DNA of 64,000 nt from Amoebidium appalachense (taxonomy: Eukaryota; Protista; Ichthyosporea), in NCBI GenBank assembly GCA_963693365.1, contig CAVNZM010000004.1, forward strand, positions 12,118,468 through 12,182,467, in the 5' to 3' direction. Positions 1 to 12,896 of the stretch are shown one piece after another. The notes under the pieces were generated by a model. That model was given only the letters and a program-made list of their open reading frames with translations, was not told where the DNA came from and ran no database searches. Every line of letters begins with the position of its first letter. Position 1 is the first letter of the stretch. Position numbers and translations under genes: made by a program.

Positions 1-2
1 GG

Positions 3-47
<45 letters not shown>

Positions 48-116
48 GGGGAGGGGAGGGGGGGGGGGGGGTGGAAGCGAAGGTGGTGGTGATGGTGGTG
101 TTTGTGTGGTGTGCGT

Positions 117-148
<32 letters not shown>

Positions 149-203
149 GGGGGGGGGGGGGGGGTTGGGGAAGGGGAGGGGAGGGGTTTAGGATGAAGCA
201 TAC

Positions 204-1100
204 CTCGTCAATGGTTACTGTAGGGCCGTTTTGGTAGGGCCATGTGAGGGAGAGACTGCCGGCAGGGAGGGAAGACAGGCCACGGAACACGGCACAGACC
301 AACTGCCCCGTATGGCTGTATGAAGTGGTGGCTGTCTCCTGCAGCCGGTCTAGCAGCCCGGCAAGAACCAAACGAAGACCCTCCGGTGTGTTGGTGTTAT
401 CGTCCAATCGCACGGCTCGGTTTGGATCCACGAGCCCAGCAGTTGTCCCTGATTGGATGACGTGTAGAAGGAGCAATTGCCATTGGCCAGAATTCAGCAA
501 GCCGATCTCGGTGTTGCGCATGAGATCAGCGTCACGAATAGTCTCCTGCTCAGAGGGTGCCATGGGCAGCACACCCACCAACCGGGCCCACCGGGTGGCC
601 ACCCACACGGCCAAAAACATTTCGGGTCGGGCCAGGTACAACCCGAGAATGAACCGGCACTTGTCCACTCCGTCGGTGCACACAGTGACGTCCATATTGA
701 GGGCCTCGGTGGCTCCTTCAGCCGTTGCTAGGCAGCAGCGAATCACAGGGGTTGGTGCCTTCACGGCCGACCGATTGATGCTCACCGCCAGCCCCTCCAG
801 TGCGGGCACAATCTGATACTCCAGCCAGTGCTGTCGGAGATTTCGGTCGGTGGCCAATAGGATTTTCCCAGCTGGGGCATATGGCGGTTGCATCGCCGCG
901 GGCTGTGGGCGCAAACATAAATCCAAATCGCTCGACTCATCGCACGTGAAAAGCGCCGCTGACCCATAGATGTGCGGAAGGAAAGGGCCAATCAGGTTTG
1001 CCGATTGGAGGTGGGCATATACCTGCTCGGCCAACTGGAGCTTCTCCTCAACCCCCCGCTGTAGGCCGGCCACGTGGTCGACAAAATAGCGCTGTGACGT
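204..1100 (-). other. Pol-beta superfamily nucleotidyltransferase, non-canonical poly(A) polymerase/TUTase (Cid1/GLD-2/RDE-3) type
   Basis: [21 protein letters not shown] (GS at 960-965, DxD at 921-929), KAPTPVIRC, third Asp in NMDVTV (690-692), then [11 protein letters not shown] and [17 protein letters not shown], matching the KxWAxxxGl and GgLsSY motifs of Cid1/TUT enzymes. Same reading frame and exon as the RdRP. Confidence 0.85.
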
Positions 1101-4100
1101 CCGACCAATAGAATCCTGCACCGTACCCAACGGGCAAATCGGCCGGCTTTGATTTGCACCAGCCGACATGGCCGCCAGGTGATCCCCCGGGATCCAGGCA
1201 AAACCAAGGCATGACTCGGAACCAGTAATCGGCGCCAGTTTGCCCTGTGATGAGGGAGTGTAGGCAGCCTGGTACCATGCCGATGCGGCATCCAACCAAT
1301 CATCATTGGTGGGCTGGCCCTTGGTCACCCCCGCCACAATCTGTTGGAATATCTCCCGATGGTGCTGCCACACACTTGCAGCCGCCTGCTGCATGCCCTC
1401 AAACGCTCGTCCTCGATTGGCCGCCATCAGGGGGTGCAATGCTGGGCACCAGCCAATCAAAAGCTCGCTCTCGTGGTCTGCGCCATAAATAGACACGGCC
1501 TGCGCAATTTCCACGCAATACTGCACGTGGGCAGTTCGTGCCGGTGCCATAAACCGCCTAGCCCCCGGGCGCTGAAATACTCTGTGCACTTTTGCCGCCG
1601 AAACCACCTCTGCGCGCAATTCTGCTGCGGCATCATACCCCTTTGCCCGGCGATACAACTCACCGAGAATTTTTCCGGACGTGTAGGAATCTTTGTCGGC
1701 CTTTTCCATGAAATCGGGGTATCCCTTGATCTCGATCAACTGCATTGCCTGCACGGGCACCATGGGTGCAATGCCCGTCTTGAGCGAATCCACCGCCACT
1801 GATTGGGCCTCGGCAACGGTTAATGCAATTTGATTGGTTGCCCCGCCTTCGAGCATGTCGCATAGCGCCAGGTGCATGGATGCGACCCGGCCCAACAAAT
1901 CGCTATCCATGGCCTTCGAAATGTACTGGCCCAAATTCCGCTCTGTGGAATGGACCAATGACAACTCGTCGTCGGAACCCATAGAGCCGGCCAATGACGA
2001 CTCGTCGTCGGAACCCGTCCAGCTGCAGGGGTCGAGGAAATTGGCCCAAAAAACGTCGTCGTGCATTAGTGCAAGAGGGTTTAGGGGGCGGGTTTCAAAC
2101 AGTTGGCGTGCCTGCTCCTGGACTTGTGCGTAATTCAGGGGTAAGTGCCGGTATCGCTCAGGGGGGATCAACCGTTTATCCCAAATAAGGGAAAGTTTAT
2201 CCCCGTCGAGATCACCGCCGCTGCATGCAGCCAATAGGGACGACCGGATAACTGAACTTGCCGGAACAATGACGACATTCTTGTAGGCCCTGAGCTCGGG
2301 CCTGTCCACTACACGCACCACCTGCACGTCCCCTGGATGTAGGCATGGGTTGCGGTACACCATGCACTGTGACGTCACACTGGCAAGAATAAAGGACCCC
2401 CCCCTCTCCCCCACAGGTGCTTCGTGGGTGTAGTCGATGCTGGCAAATATCTCGCCGTCGTTGAGGCAGCCAATCGGATCGGGGACTGCAAGTAGCATCA
2501 CCGAATCAGGCACGGGGATCCAGGTCTTGGCAACCAATCCCCTCACGGCCCTGTGGTATGCGGTCTGGACCAATGAGAAGAGGAATGGCTCCCCAAGAAT
2601 GTCGATCCCTGATTGGACGGCCACATCCAAAACACTGCGGAGAGGAAGTGGAACCATGGGTCGCACGTGCTCGTACGCTTTGCCCCCCTCCACCAATAGG
2701 GTGAGAGCATCCGAAAGTGCCCTCTCCTGCAGGTCGGCCAACGCGCCGTCCGGGGACCACGTGCCAATTTGTGATTGGCTCTCGCTGTTGCCTTTTTCGG
2801 CAAGCGACGAGAGGAGGGTAATAATCTCACGGTTGAGGCTGACCTTGGTGGGGCGGGATACACCCACCACCCCAAACACCACATGTCTGGACTGGAGTTT
2901 CTCCGTGCTCTCCCGGTACACCATCTTAACCCCTGGACCGTACCGCCGCATGTCTGGGTCGGTGCTTGGATCAACCACCAATGCCACCCCCTTGCACCCC
3001 GCCCACCGATATTGGAACGCGGACGGAACATACCCCAACCCAAGTGCGGTGGAGATTTGCTGTGCCGTGGTGTAACTCACTTTTGCTGCGCCGTCCGTTA
3101 ACAAATCTTGGCCCGAGAACGTGCGGATATCCGCAACCTTCACCGCTTCCGTAGTCGGAATCTCAATGGTGGGTTTGTCGGCAGTGCAAAACAGGGCTAG
3201 ACGTGAGCGTGCCTTGGCCGTTTCCTGGCTGGTGGAGCCAGAGAACACCTCAACGTCAGCCTCGTCAACTGCTCGAACGATACGGTGCCTGAGCAAAGAA
3301 ACGTCGTCCGATTGGCCGTTGCCCACATGAACAAAGAGCGCAGATTGGTTGCGCACCATGCTGTTGCTCGCGTTGAGAAACCGGTAGGTTTTATCGTGCA
3401 CCACATACCCATTCGTAAGAATCTCCCTCACACGATCGCGTGCATATGTTCCGCTTATCTTCTGGAATTGCTCCTCTCGGAACGTAACGACGGTCAGTGA
3501 TGCCCCTGGTGTTGCAATGGCCTCACGAAGCATCCGGCTACATTCGGTGGCCACCGAGGGAAGGGGAATAGTACGGGATGGAGTAATGATAACACGTGGC
3601 ACTGACACGTGATTGGGCGGCATGGAAACGGACGGTGCTGATAGGCTAGAAAGTGCCTCTTGCAGGTGTTCGAATTCAGCGGCGCTGTCCGACCAATAGT
3701 TGCACTCTAGCCGCCGACGAGTTTCATACAATGTCGCGGCTATAACGGCCAGTTTTGATTGGTCACCCGCTGCCGTTTGCACCTGGAATCGGACTTTGTG
3801 CAGCACTTTTTCGCTGGCTGCCTGTGGGGAAAATGCCGCGGTTGCGTAAAATGCCGATAGCGCCCACCAAATCTCTCGCCCAATGGCTGAATCGGAATTA
3901 TAGCCGGGAAGATCGACCCACAGGGGCTTGCTCCAATCAAAAACGGGAGAATGGCGCGCTGCTGTGGCGACGGAAATCCGTGTGTCGAATAGGGGGACAG
4001 GCACTGCCGCGTGATTGGTGAACGCCTGGTGCAGGCCTAGCCAATCACACACCAGGGATTGGCGGGTGGTGGGGACGGAGAAACATATAGCTGCCGCCGT

Positions 4101-4420
4101 CGACACTTGGCTGAAGATGGGCCCAGAGAGGTTCCTCTCCTCCACGAGATCACCGTCCCTGTTCTCTTTTTCTGAAAAAAGAAAGGCGGGAGACGAAAGT
4201 GGGACACACACACGGAAAAACGGCGTAGCACTGGACGATTCACTGCTGATAACGATGAATCCAGCTATTTGATTGGTGGGGATTCGCATGATGTAACGCG
4301 CGGATGCATGGCTGAATGAAACGTCGAGTGACCCCCTGGGATAGAGGGTGAGGGCAAGTGGTTCCGGGATGGCTGTTTGCTCTTCGAAGGTGGTGGGAGT
4401 AGTCAGGACACCCAGCGTGG

Positions 4421-4516
<96 letters not shown>

Positions 4517-5246
4517 TGTGTATGTGTGTGTGTGTGTGTGTGTGTATGCGTGTGTGTGTGTGTGTTGGGGGGGGGGGGGGGGGGGGGGGAAGAGGTCAGC
4601 AACTGTGTAGAAATCTCCATTGGCTAACTGCTGTCAGAACCCCCCCCCCTCACCCCCATTACCACCACCACCACCCATCTAAAGACACTCGCGCACGCAC
4701 AGACACACCTAGGCTTGTACCCCTTGCCCCCCCTTCCCCAACACCACCACCACCACCACCACCCTTTCCCCCCACCGGTCCGCCCTTCTTCTTCTCCCCC
4801 TCTCGGCACCTTCGCTCTGCTAACAGCATAACGATACCCCATGGGCACTTGTTCAACTTAGCTCCTTTCATTACCATGCACCAACAGCCATCCTTGCGCC
4901 CTAAACCACGTGTAAATTTGTGCCTTCCCACTACTCTGCCCTGCCATTCTCCCCTTTCCTTCTCACCCTCCAACTACACCTTTCAACACACACCCTTCCG
5001 TGAATTCCACTGCCTCCCCCCCACCCCCTCACCCCCCCCCCCCCCCCCCCAAAAAAAAAAAAAGACCGCGCTACACTTAGACCTCTCTTGCCCTTCCTAC
5101 CCCCCATCTCCCTCCTCCTCATGACGACAGCTTAGTACCTATGCTAAGATTTATCCCCCCCCCCCCCCCCCTCCCCCCCCACAAACCCCCACACACACAC
5201 ACCCACAAACACACACACCGTGCTCTCCTTTCCCCCACTCCCCCCC

Positions 5247-5277
<31 letters not shown>

Positions 5278-6468
5278 AAAAAATAAGAGAGAGAGAGAAA
5301 GAAAAGAAAGATCCTTCCCTCCAACCTTCTCCAACTTCTCATGAGCAGCCACACTTCCGGGCCTGTCCTTACTGTCTGATCACCCCCCTCCCCCTCCACC
5401 CCCCCCTCCTCTCCCGACCCCATGGCCTTAAGCTTACCTTTGCCAGCTTCCAGGGCTTTCCGTGCGGGAATCGGTTGCCGGCCTGCACGTGCAGCAGTTG
5501 TGAACTCATGCGCGGCAGCCACCACATGGTTAGACCAGATGATTGGTTGCTACGGAAGTCCCAATAGGAACACAGCTCCGCATATCCATGCACCACATTG
5601 GGCACGGTTCTCGCGGCGCTCTTGCTGATTCGCAGGTTGAGCAGATGGATATTGTCGCCATAGCAACCGTTCACGCCACGGGTCCCGCAACCAATCGCTT
5701 CAATCGATTGGATCTTGATGCCCTCAGCCACACGTGACAACGTGTCAACCAGGATCTGCGAGTCAATTTGATTGGTCGATGATGAGCCTGGCTGGTTCTG
5801 ATTGGCCAATCGCACGTGCACCTCCACCACAAAATCACGCACGTCGTAGCCAATCAACCGTTCGGGTGGGGGGGTTGGCTGTGTTGAGTCGCTGCCCCCA
5901 AGTTGGCGAAGAAGTGAAAGTGCCTGCAAGAGGTAAAACTATTAGGAGAACCCCACGAGAATACAAAGTGCACTACCCCAAGGCATGTTGCACTCTTATC
6001 TCAACACCTCCCCACATTCTTTCCTTGACCTCTGTTATCTCTCCCCCCCCCCCCCCCCCCCCGAGTCCCCCCCCCCCCCCCCAAAAAAAAAAAAAAAAAA
6101 AAAAAGCATACACATCCTTACACCCCTCTATTCAGTCACATCTGACATCTGACCGTACGGTAAAGCCTGCCAGCGTCCCCCCCCCCCCCCCCCCCTCCCC
6201 CTTCTCTCTCTCTCTCTCCCCCCCCCCCCCCCCCTCTCCCCCCCCCTCCCTCCCCCCCCACACTCCACCCCCCTCCCCCCCCCCCTCCCCCCCTCCGCCT
6301 CCCTTCAACATGCTGCCGCCAACTCGTCCTTCCCCACCCCCCCTTCTTTCCTGCTAATCTTGTACTCCCTTTCTACCGGGCTTGTACCTTGACAGATGTG
6401 CGATCAAAGTACTCATCTGCTCCTCATAACAGCACGAAACCCCCAACTCCACCCCAGAAAGCCCTCTT

Positions 6469-6504
<36 letters not shown>

Positions 6505-6619
6505 CCGCCTCCCAAAACCCATTTGTATCTGAAAGACAACTTTGCCCATTCTACTCGCCCTTTCCCTCCTTTCGGTTACCCAAAAGATCCAGCCCTCATT
6601 TATACGACCACCGAGCCCT

Positions 6620-6650
<31 letters not shown>

Positions 6651-7491
6651 GCCCCCTTTCTCCCCTTTTTCTTTTTTCGTACCTGGGCGGATGGTAGGTG
6701 CTGCTCCTCAGCCAACTTGTTCAGGTACATGGCCATAAACCTATTCTGCGACTGAATTTTCTCCAACTGGAATTTGCCCTCCTCACTCGCAATCACAACC
6801 GTTTTGCTGTTCATCTTCCGCGCCCTTCCGCGGCTCTGGACCAGTGAAATTAGCGAATTTACGCCGTCGAATCGGATCACGAGATTGCAATCGGGCACGT
6901 CCAGGCCCTCCTCCAATACTGAAGTGCACACCAGCAGCCGTGTCTTGCCCTCTCGAAAAGCTTCAAGCGCGGTTTCCTGCTCGTCTGCCAAAAAAAAAAA
7001 AATTATGATTGGAAATACACCCCAAACCTAAAATGTAGTGGTGGGGGGCATACATAGAGGAACAAAGAAGGGGAAAGGGGGTTGGTGGTGGTGGTAGTAG
7101 GGGGAGAGGGGGGAGGGGGGAGAGAGGGGGGAGTGAGAGAGAAAGAGAGAGAAGGAGAGGAAGTGTGAAAGGTAGAGGGAGAGAAAGGGAGAGTACTGCG
7201 CCGGAGGGGGGGGGGGGGGGGGGAGGGTGGGGGGGGGGGGAGCGGGTATGGAAGGGAGAGAGCAAGAGATGGACCAGAGAGCAAGCCCGTGGGAGGGAGG
7301 ATAGCATTTGAAAGATAGAAGCATTAAGCAGGGTACTAAGACCATGATGGTTGGGAGGTAAAGAAATGCTTGGACGGTTGGGGTGAAGCAGCTATTTGGC
7401 CGCAGGGTGGGTGGGTGGGGGGGGGGGGGAGGGGGGGGGGAGGGGGGGGGGAGGGGGGGTGAGAGGGGGGGGGGGGGAGGGGATGGACTTT

Positions 7492-7533
<42 letters not shown>

Positions 7534-10152
7534 GGAGAGGGGGGGGGGGGGGGGGGGAAGGGGGGAGATGGAGGCGTGGTGCTGCTTATTGGTAATGGTG
7601 TGAACATGAAAGAGACTGATGCGAAATCGGATGTTTCACAAGGGGATTCAAAAGTTGAAAAATGCAAGAGGGAAGGTGAGGTGAGGGAAGGCTTCAAGGG
7701 GGCTAGGTAGAATTTTTTTTGGGGGGGAGGGGGGTCGCAAGTAGATTGATGGGTGGATTGACAGGTTGGAAAATCCAAATGGATGGCTGTGAAACGCGTG
7801 GAAGGAAGGTGAAAGCCACCCAGATGGGGGTGGGTGGGTGGGGGTGGGGGGTGGGGTGGGCTGTGGGGGAGGGGAAGGGAAGAGAGAGGGGTGGGGAGGG
7901 CAGGAGGGAGGGGGGAAGGGGGGAAGGGCGGGGTGGGCAGGTGGAGGGGAGGGGAAGCTAAAGGGGGTGGGTGGGGGTGGAGGTGGGGGTGGGGCGTGTA
8001 AGAGGGGGGGGGGGGGGGGGGGGGGAGGGAGAGTAAACACACCTTCCCACTGCATGCCATCCTCCCCCCCGTGCCCAACCACCATCATTGGCGCATACGC
8101 CTTCCCCACCTCCCTCTCTCCAACCACCTTAAGCAACGTGCGTGCCAAACTACGCGTCAGCACAAACACAAGAATTTTCGCACCCGGGCCTGCGCTGTGC
8201 AAAAGCTCCATAAGAATCCTCAGACGATCTGAATCGTGGCCCACTCCATCTGCACGGGAAAGAACATATTCATCCGATAATCTGGTGTAGACGGATTTAT
8301 CGCGATAATGCGATTTCAGCTCCTGTAGGCCGTAGTGTGCACCCAGCACGGTGCCGATCTCCACCACACCCATGAGCACCAGAATACTCTGCCCGAGTGC
8401 AAGTATGTCGTTTTGGCTCTGCCTGCGTGCATCATCACACACCCCTCTGATCTTGCCACGTGCCTGGCCCATGCCCCCCAACCTGCCGGGAACAGGCGCC
8501 TTTAGTAACACAGCGTTTCATCGTCCCCTCTCCTATCTCCCCCTCTCTTTGTCCCCCCCCCCTCTTCCTCCCTCCCCCCTCCTCCCCCGGGTTAATCTTT
8601 GCTCTGCCGCCTGTCTGAAACCCTTCTCATTCCTAAACATAATCCTCCTCCCCCCCCCCCCCCCTGCCCCTCCCCCCTCCCCCCCCCCCAAAAAAAAAAA
8701 TGCAATACACGTGCACATTCTTCCCTTCCATTTCGCCCATAACGCTCTGCCTTCTGTTCTTATCGGATTTATGACTAATCTCTCTACTCTCTCACGTACC
8801 CACTCAGGCACTCTCTCCCATTTACATGAATACCCCTTCATTACAACCATTATCGAAGCCCAAGCGCCCCCCCCCCTGCCCCCCCCCCCCCCCCCCCCTC
8901 TTTTCCCCCCTCCACCCTCCACCCTCCTCCCCTCCCCCCCCTCCCCCCCCCCCCTCCACCCTCCTCCCCCCTCCCCCCCCCCTACCTTTCACACACACAC
9001 ACGTCATTCTTTGGCCCCTTTGCTCTTTTCTTCTTCCTACACGCCATCATCTGCAACCCCTTGCTTCACTTCTGGGACATTCAATCTTCTACTTAGGCAC
9101 ATGACCTCAAAGAAGTTCTTAACCATTTGCCCGAAACCCCCCAAAACACACACCCACGTACAAAGTTATCACTTTCCTCCCCATTTGGTCAAGATGGGTC
9201 GATTTTTACGTTTTTTGTGTGTGCCTGTGTGGCAGGGGCCGGGAGGGGCGGGGGGGCGGCGGGGAGGGGGGAGGGGGGGGGGGGGGGGGGGGGGCAGCAG
9301 GAGAGGGGAGGAGTGACTGCGGGGGGGGGGGGGGGGGGGGGGGGGGGGTGTCATAAATGATTTTTCAGGCAGATGCAAGATGGGGCAACGGATGGGTCGG
9401 GTCAGTGCGTAATGAGTGTAATGAATACGGTTTTCTGTTTGGACAGGGAGGGAGGGGGGGGGAGAAAGAGGGGGGAGGGGGGGAGGAGAAAGAGGATGAC
9501 AGGAGCAACCCACCTAGTGACCAGCTCACCAAAAGTCAGCATGCGCTGATCAATCATGTCCAGCCCCCCTCCACGATTTGCGCCGCCAACTCCTGGATTT
9601 TTCTCACAACGCCAGTAAGAAACCTAAATTCCGCATCTGAAAGTTGCGCAATCTTCACCTCCTCTTCGTGAGACGGACGGGGGATATCCAATGGGCGATA
9701 GATGGGGGCATCGCAGTAGTAAGAGGAGAGTTTTAGGCGGGCATTGTCTGCTTTGGCGAAGTTTTCGGCGGCAAAAGGCGATGCGGTCAGGCCGAGAAGA
9801 CGAGGGCGGTTGGTGGGAGGTAGTAGGCGGATTGCATCTAGCACGGGCATGTACTTGTGGTCTCCTGGGGGGGTTGCAAAAGGTTTGTGTGTGTGCCGAA
9901 AAGTGGGGGGGGGGGGGGGGGGGAGGGGGGCAGCGGAAGACGGTGCTGGAAAAAGTTCAATGGAGATTCAATGGAGGGGGGGGGGGGGGGGGGGGGTGTT
10001 GCGGGAAAGGGGGAGACGGGGAGGCTGAAGGGTGAAGGGGGGGGGGGGGGGGGGGGTGGCCAGGGCCATTAGGTGATGTTTAAAGGGGTAAGAAAGAAGG
10101 CTATAGACACGTGTAATTGTGTGTGTGTGTGTGTGTGTGCGTGTGTATGTGT

Positions 10153-10185
<33 letters not shown>

Positions 10186-10636
10186 AAAAATGGGCACACA
10201 GGCAAGCTTGAGCCACCTCTACCACACCATCAATACATGGCAAAGCAATAGACACAGCACCCGATATCTCTTGAAATAACTAATAACCTATCCACCCGTA
10301 ATAGACACAACACCCGATATTTCTTGAACTAACTGATAACCTATCCACCTGTAATAGACACAACACCCGATATTTCTTGAACTAACTGATAACCTATACA
10401 CCTGTAATAGACACAACACCCGATATCTCTTGAACTAACTGATAACCTATCCACCTGTAATAGACACAACACCCGATATCTCTTGAACTAACTGATAACC
10501 TATCCACCTGTAATAGACACAACACCCGATATCTCTTGAACTAGTGACAACCTATCCACCTGTAAAGCCACACCCCGTCAACAGCATCAGCACACGTGCT
10601 CTTTCCAAACTCATGATCCCTTTGGCCCCTCCCCCC

Positions 10637-10678
<42 letters not shown>

Positions 10679-10814
10679 CCTTCTTTATCCCCCGGCCCTT
10701 ATCCTTTGATGTTAAGATCTGCATATTCACGATTACATTCACCATCCATGTGACAGCCCTTCGCACCATTTACCCACCCATCACCCCCTTTCCATGGCCC
10801 CATGTCAGACCTTC

Positions 10815-10851
<37 letters not shown>

Positions 10852-11337
10852 ACCCCCACCCACCTACCCACCCACACACACACACACCTCGCCCCTTTCT
10901 TACTTGGCCCAAAAATTCTACTTTCGCCCCCCCCCCCCCCCCCCCCCCTCCCCCCCCCCCTCCCCTCCCCCCCTCCCCTCCGGTCTTGCCCTCTCTGAGC
11001 TCTCTCCCCTTCCTCCCCATCTCTTCCGTCCGACACGCAAGAAAACACACAAACTCCTCCATCCGTTCGAATCTCTCCTGTTCCGCGTTTTCGGTCACCT
11101 GCTTTTGCCTCCAACTCTCGTTGTTTTCTCCCCGTCCTCATCTCCCTTTTCGTACTGCCTTGTTTGGTAAACCCCCCCCCCCCCCCCCCCCCCCCCTCTT
11201 CCCCCAGCACATCCATATTTTACTCCCCACTCCTTTTCATGGCCAAACTATCTCACCCACCCACCCCGTTCCTCACCCCAATACTCACACCGGGGCCATA
11301 GGTATCCCCCCCCCTCCCCCCTTTACGTAGTATACCC

Positions 11338-11368
<31 letters not shown>

Positions 11369-11392
11369 AAAAAAAAGCATACACACAAACAC

Positions 11393-11427
<35 letters not shown>

Positions 11428-12863
11428 TCCCCTCGCCCCCTCAAAAAAAAAAAAAAAAAAAAAAAAAGGTTGTGCAATTTGCTCCTGCTGGGGCAAGCAC
11501 ATTGTGGCTCATAAGCCTGTTTTCGGACTATAGTAACTCTCACTCCCCGCCACCCCCTCCCCCCCCCCCCCCCCCCCCCCCCTCTTCCCCACAAACACCC
11601 CTTCCCCTTTTTCTCTTCTGCCCCAAGTACCAAACCTCACTCCACCACCACCTTATCTACCGTAAGCCACAAATGTAGGGAGAAACCGTGGGCAAAAACC
11701 AACTAAATGGCAAAGACAGGAGAAAGGCACCTGTGGCATGGTGTGCCTCGTCAACCACACACACGCAGAAGTGATCCAGTCGGATCAGCCCATTGCGGAT
11801 CAGATCCACCAATGAGCCCGCAGTGGCCACCAGCACATCAAATCTGCCCCCGTGCAGTTGCCTCACCAATGTTGGGGTTTTCGTTTCGCTGCACATCCGG
11901 CACACACTCAGCCCTGTTTCCACGGCAATTGCCTGGCCCTGTGGATTGGCAAAACATCAGTAAAAGATATTCTTACATCTGTTCTAACCCTGTACCAGAA
12001 TCACACCATCCAAGCCAAAGTTACGAAAAAATACGAAGGAAGTACATGCATAATGCATGCCAGGAGGGATGACACGGACAGTGAGGTAAGGGTGTAAGCC
12101 CCTAGTACACCAGCAGTTAGAACCCCCCCCCCCCCCCCCCCCCCCTCCTTCCCCCCCCCTCCCCCCCCCCCCCCCCTCCGGCTACACACCGGCACCACCA
12201 CCACACACATACGTCCACCCACCACGCACAACCACACTCATAACAACACACATGTCACCACCACCACCACCTGTTCAATCAGGGGTTCTGTGCTGTATTC
12301 AAGTATATCTTGCGCAGTTTGAGGGTGAAGGGGGACACTGGGAGTCGAAAACGGGGGGAGGGGAAGGCGGGGGGTGAGGGGGGGGGGGGGGGAGTGCTGG
12401 GTGATTGGGTCAGTGTGTTTGTGTGTGTGCAGTTAAAGGGGGGGAAGGCGGGGGAGGACGACATTGCAGGGTGGGACAGAATAGAGAGCAGCTTATGCTT
12501 TCCTACTCCCCCTCAATCCGCACCCCCCCCCCCCCCCATCTCTCCCCCTCCCCCCTGCACCCCCCCCCCCCCCCCCCCTCTCACCCCGTTTGCCGTCCCA
12601 AGTTCCGAACACCAATTTTTTTTCCGTGTGAGCTTAAATGCCCCCAGTTTCACCCAAATCACATCCCACCCCCCACCCCATGCCGCTTCTTCCTCATTTT
12701 CCTTAGTGGCTCTATGAGGGGATGCGGGGGAAGGGGGGAGGGGGGGGAAGGGGGGGAGGGGGGAGGGGGAACTAATGCAATGAAAATACGAAAGGCCCAG
12801 AGGGGCAGAGAAGGCCACAATCCCCCCTCCCCCCCTCCCTCCCTCCCCTCTCTCGCCCCCTTC

Positions 12864-12896
<33 letters not shown>

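Noticed and set aside
1185-3605. Endogenous RNA-virus polymerase
   Set aside because: The motifs are those of the cellular double-psi-barrel RdRP (DLDGD), not the viral GDD palm type, and the gene has spliceosomal introns.
244-4272. Plus-strand ORFs (244-816, 2437-3075 and others) and short minus-strand ORFs in this region
   Set aside because: They are antisense or off-frame shadows of the single 1406-codon minus-strand RdRP/NTase exon, which the ORF track omits.
10247-10563. Possible CRISPR array
   Set aside because: Units are contiguous with no unique spacers, there are no cas genes, and the context is a eukaryotic intron.
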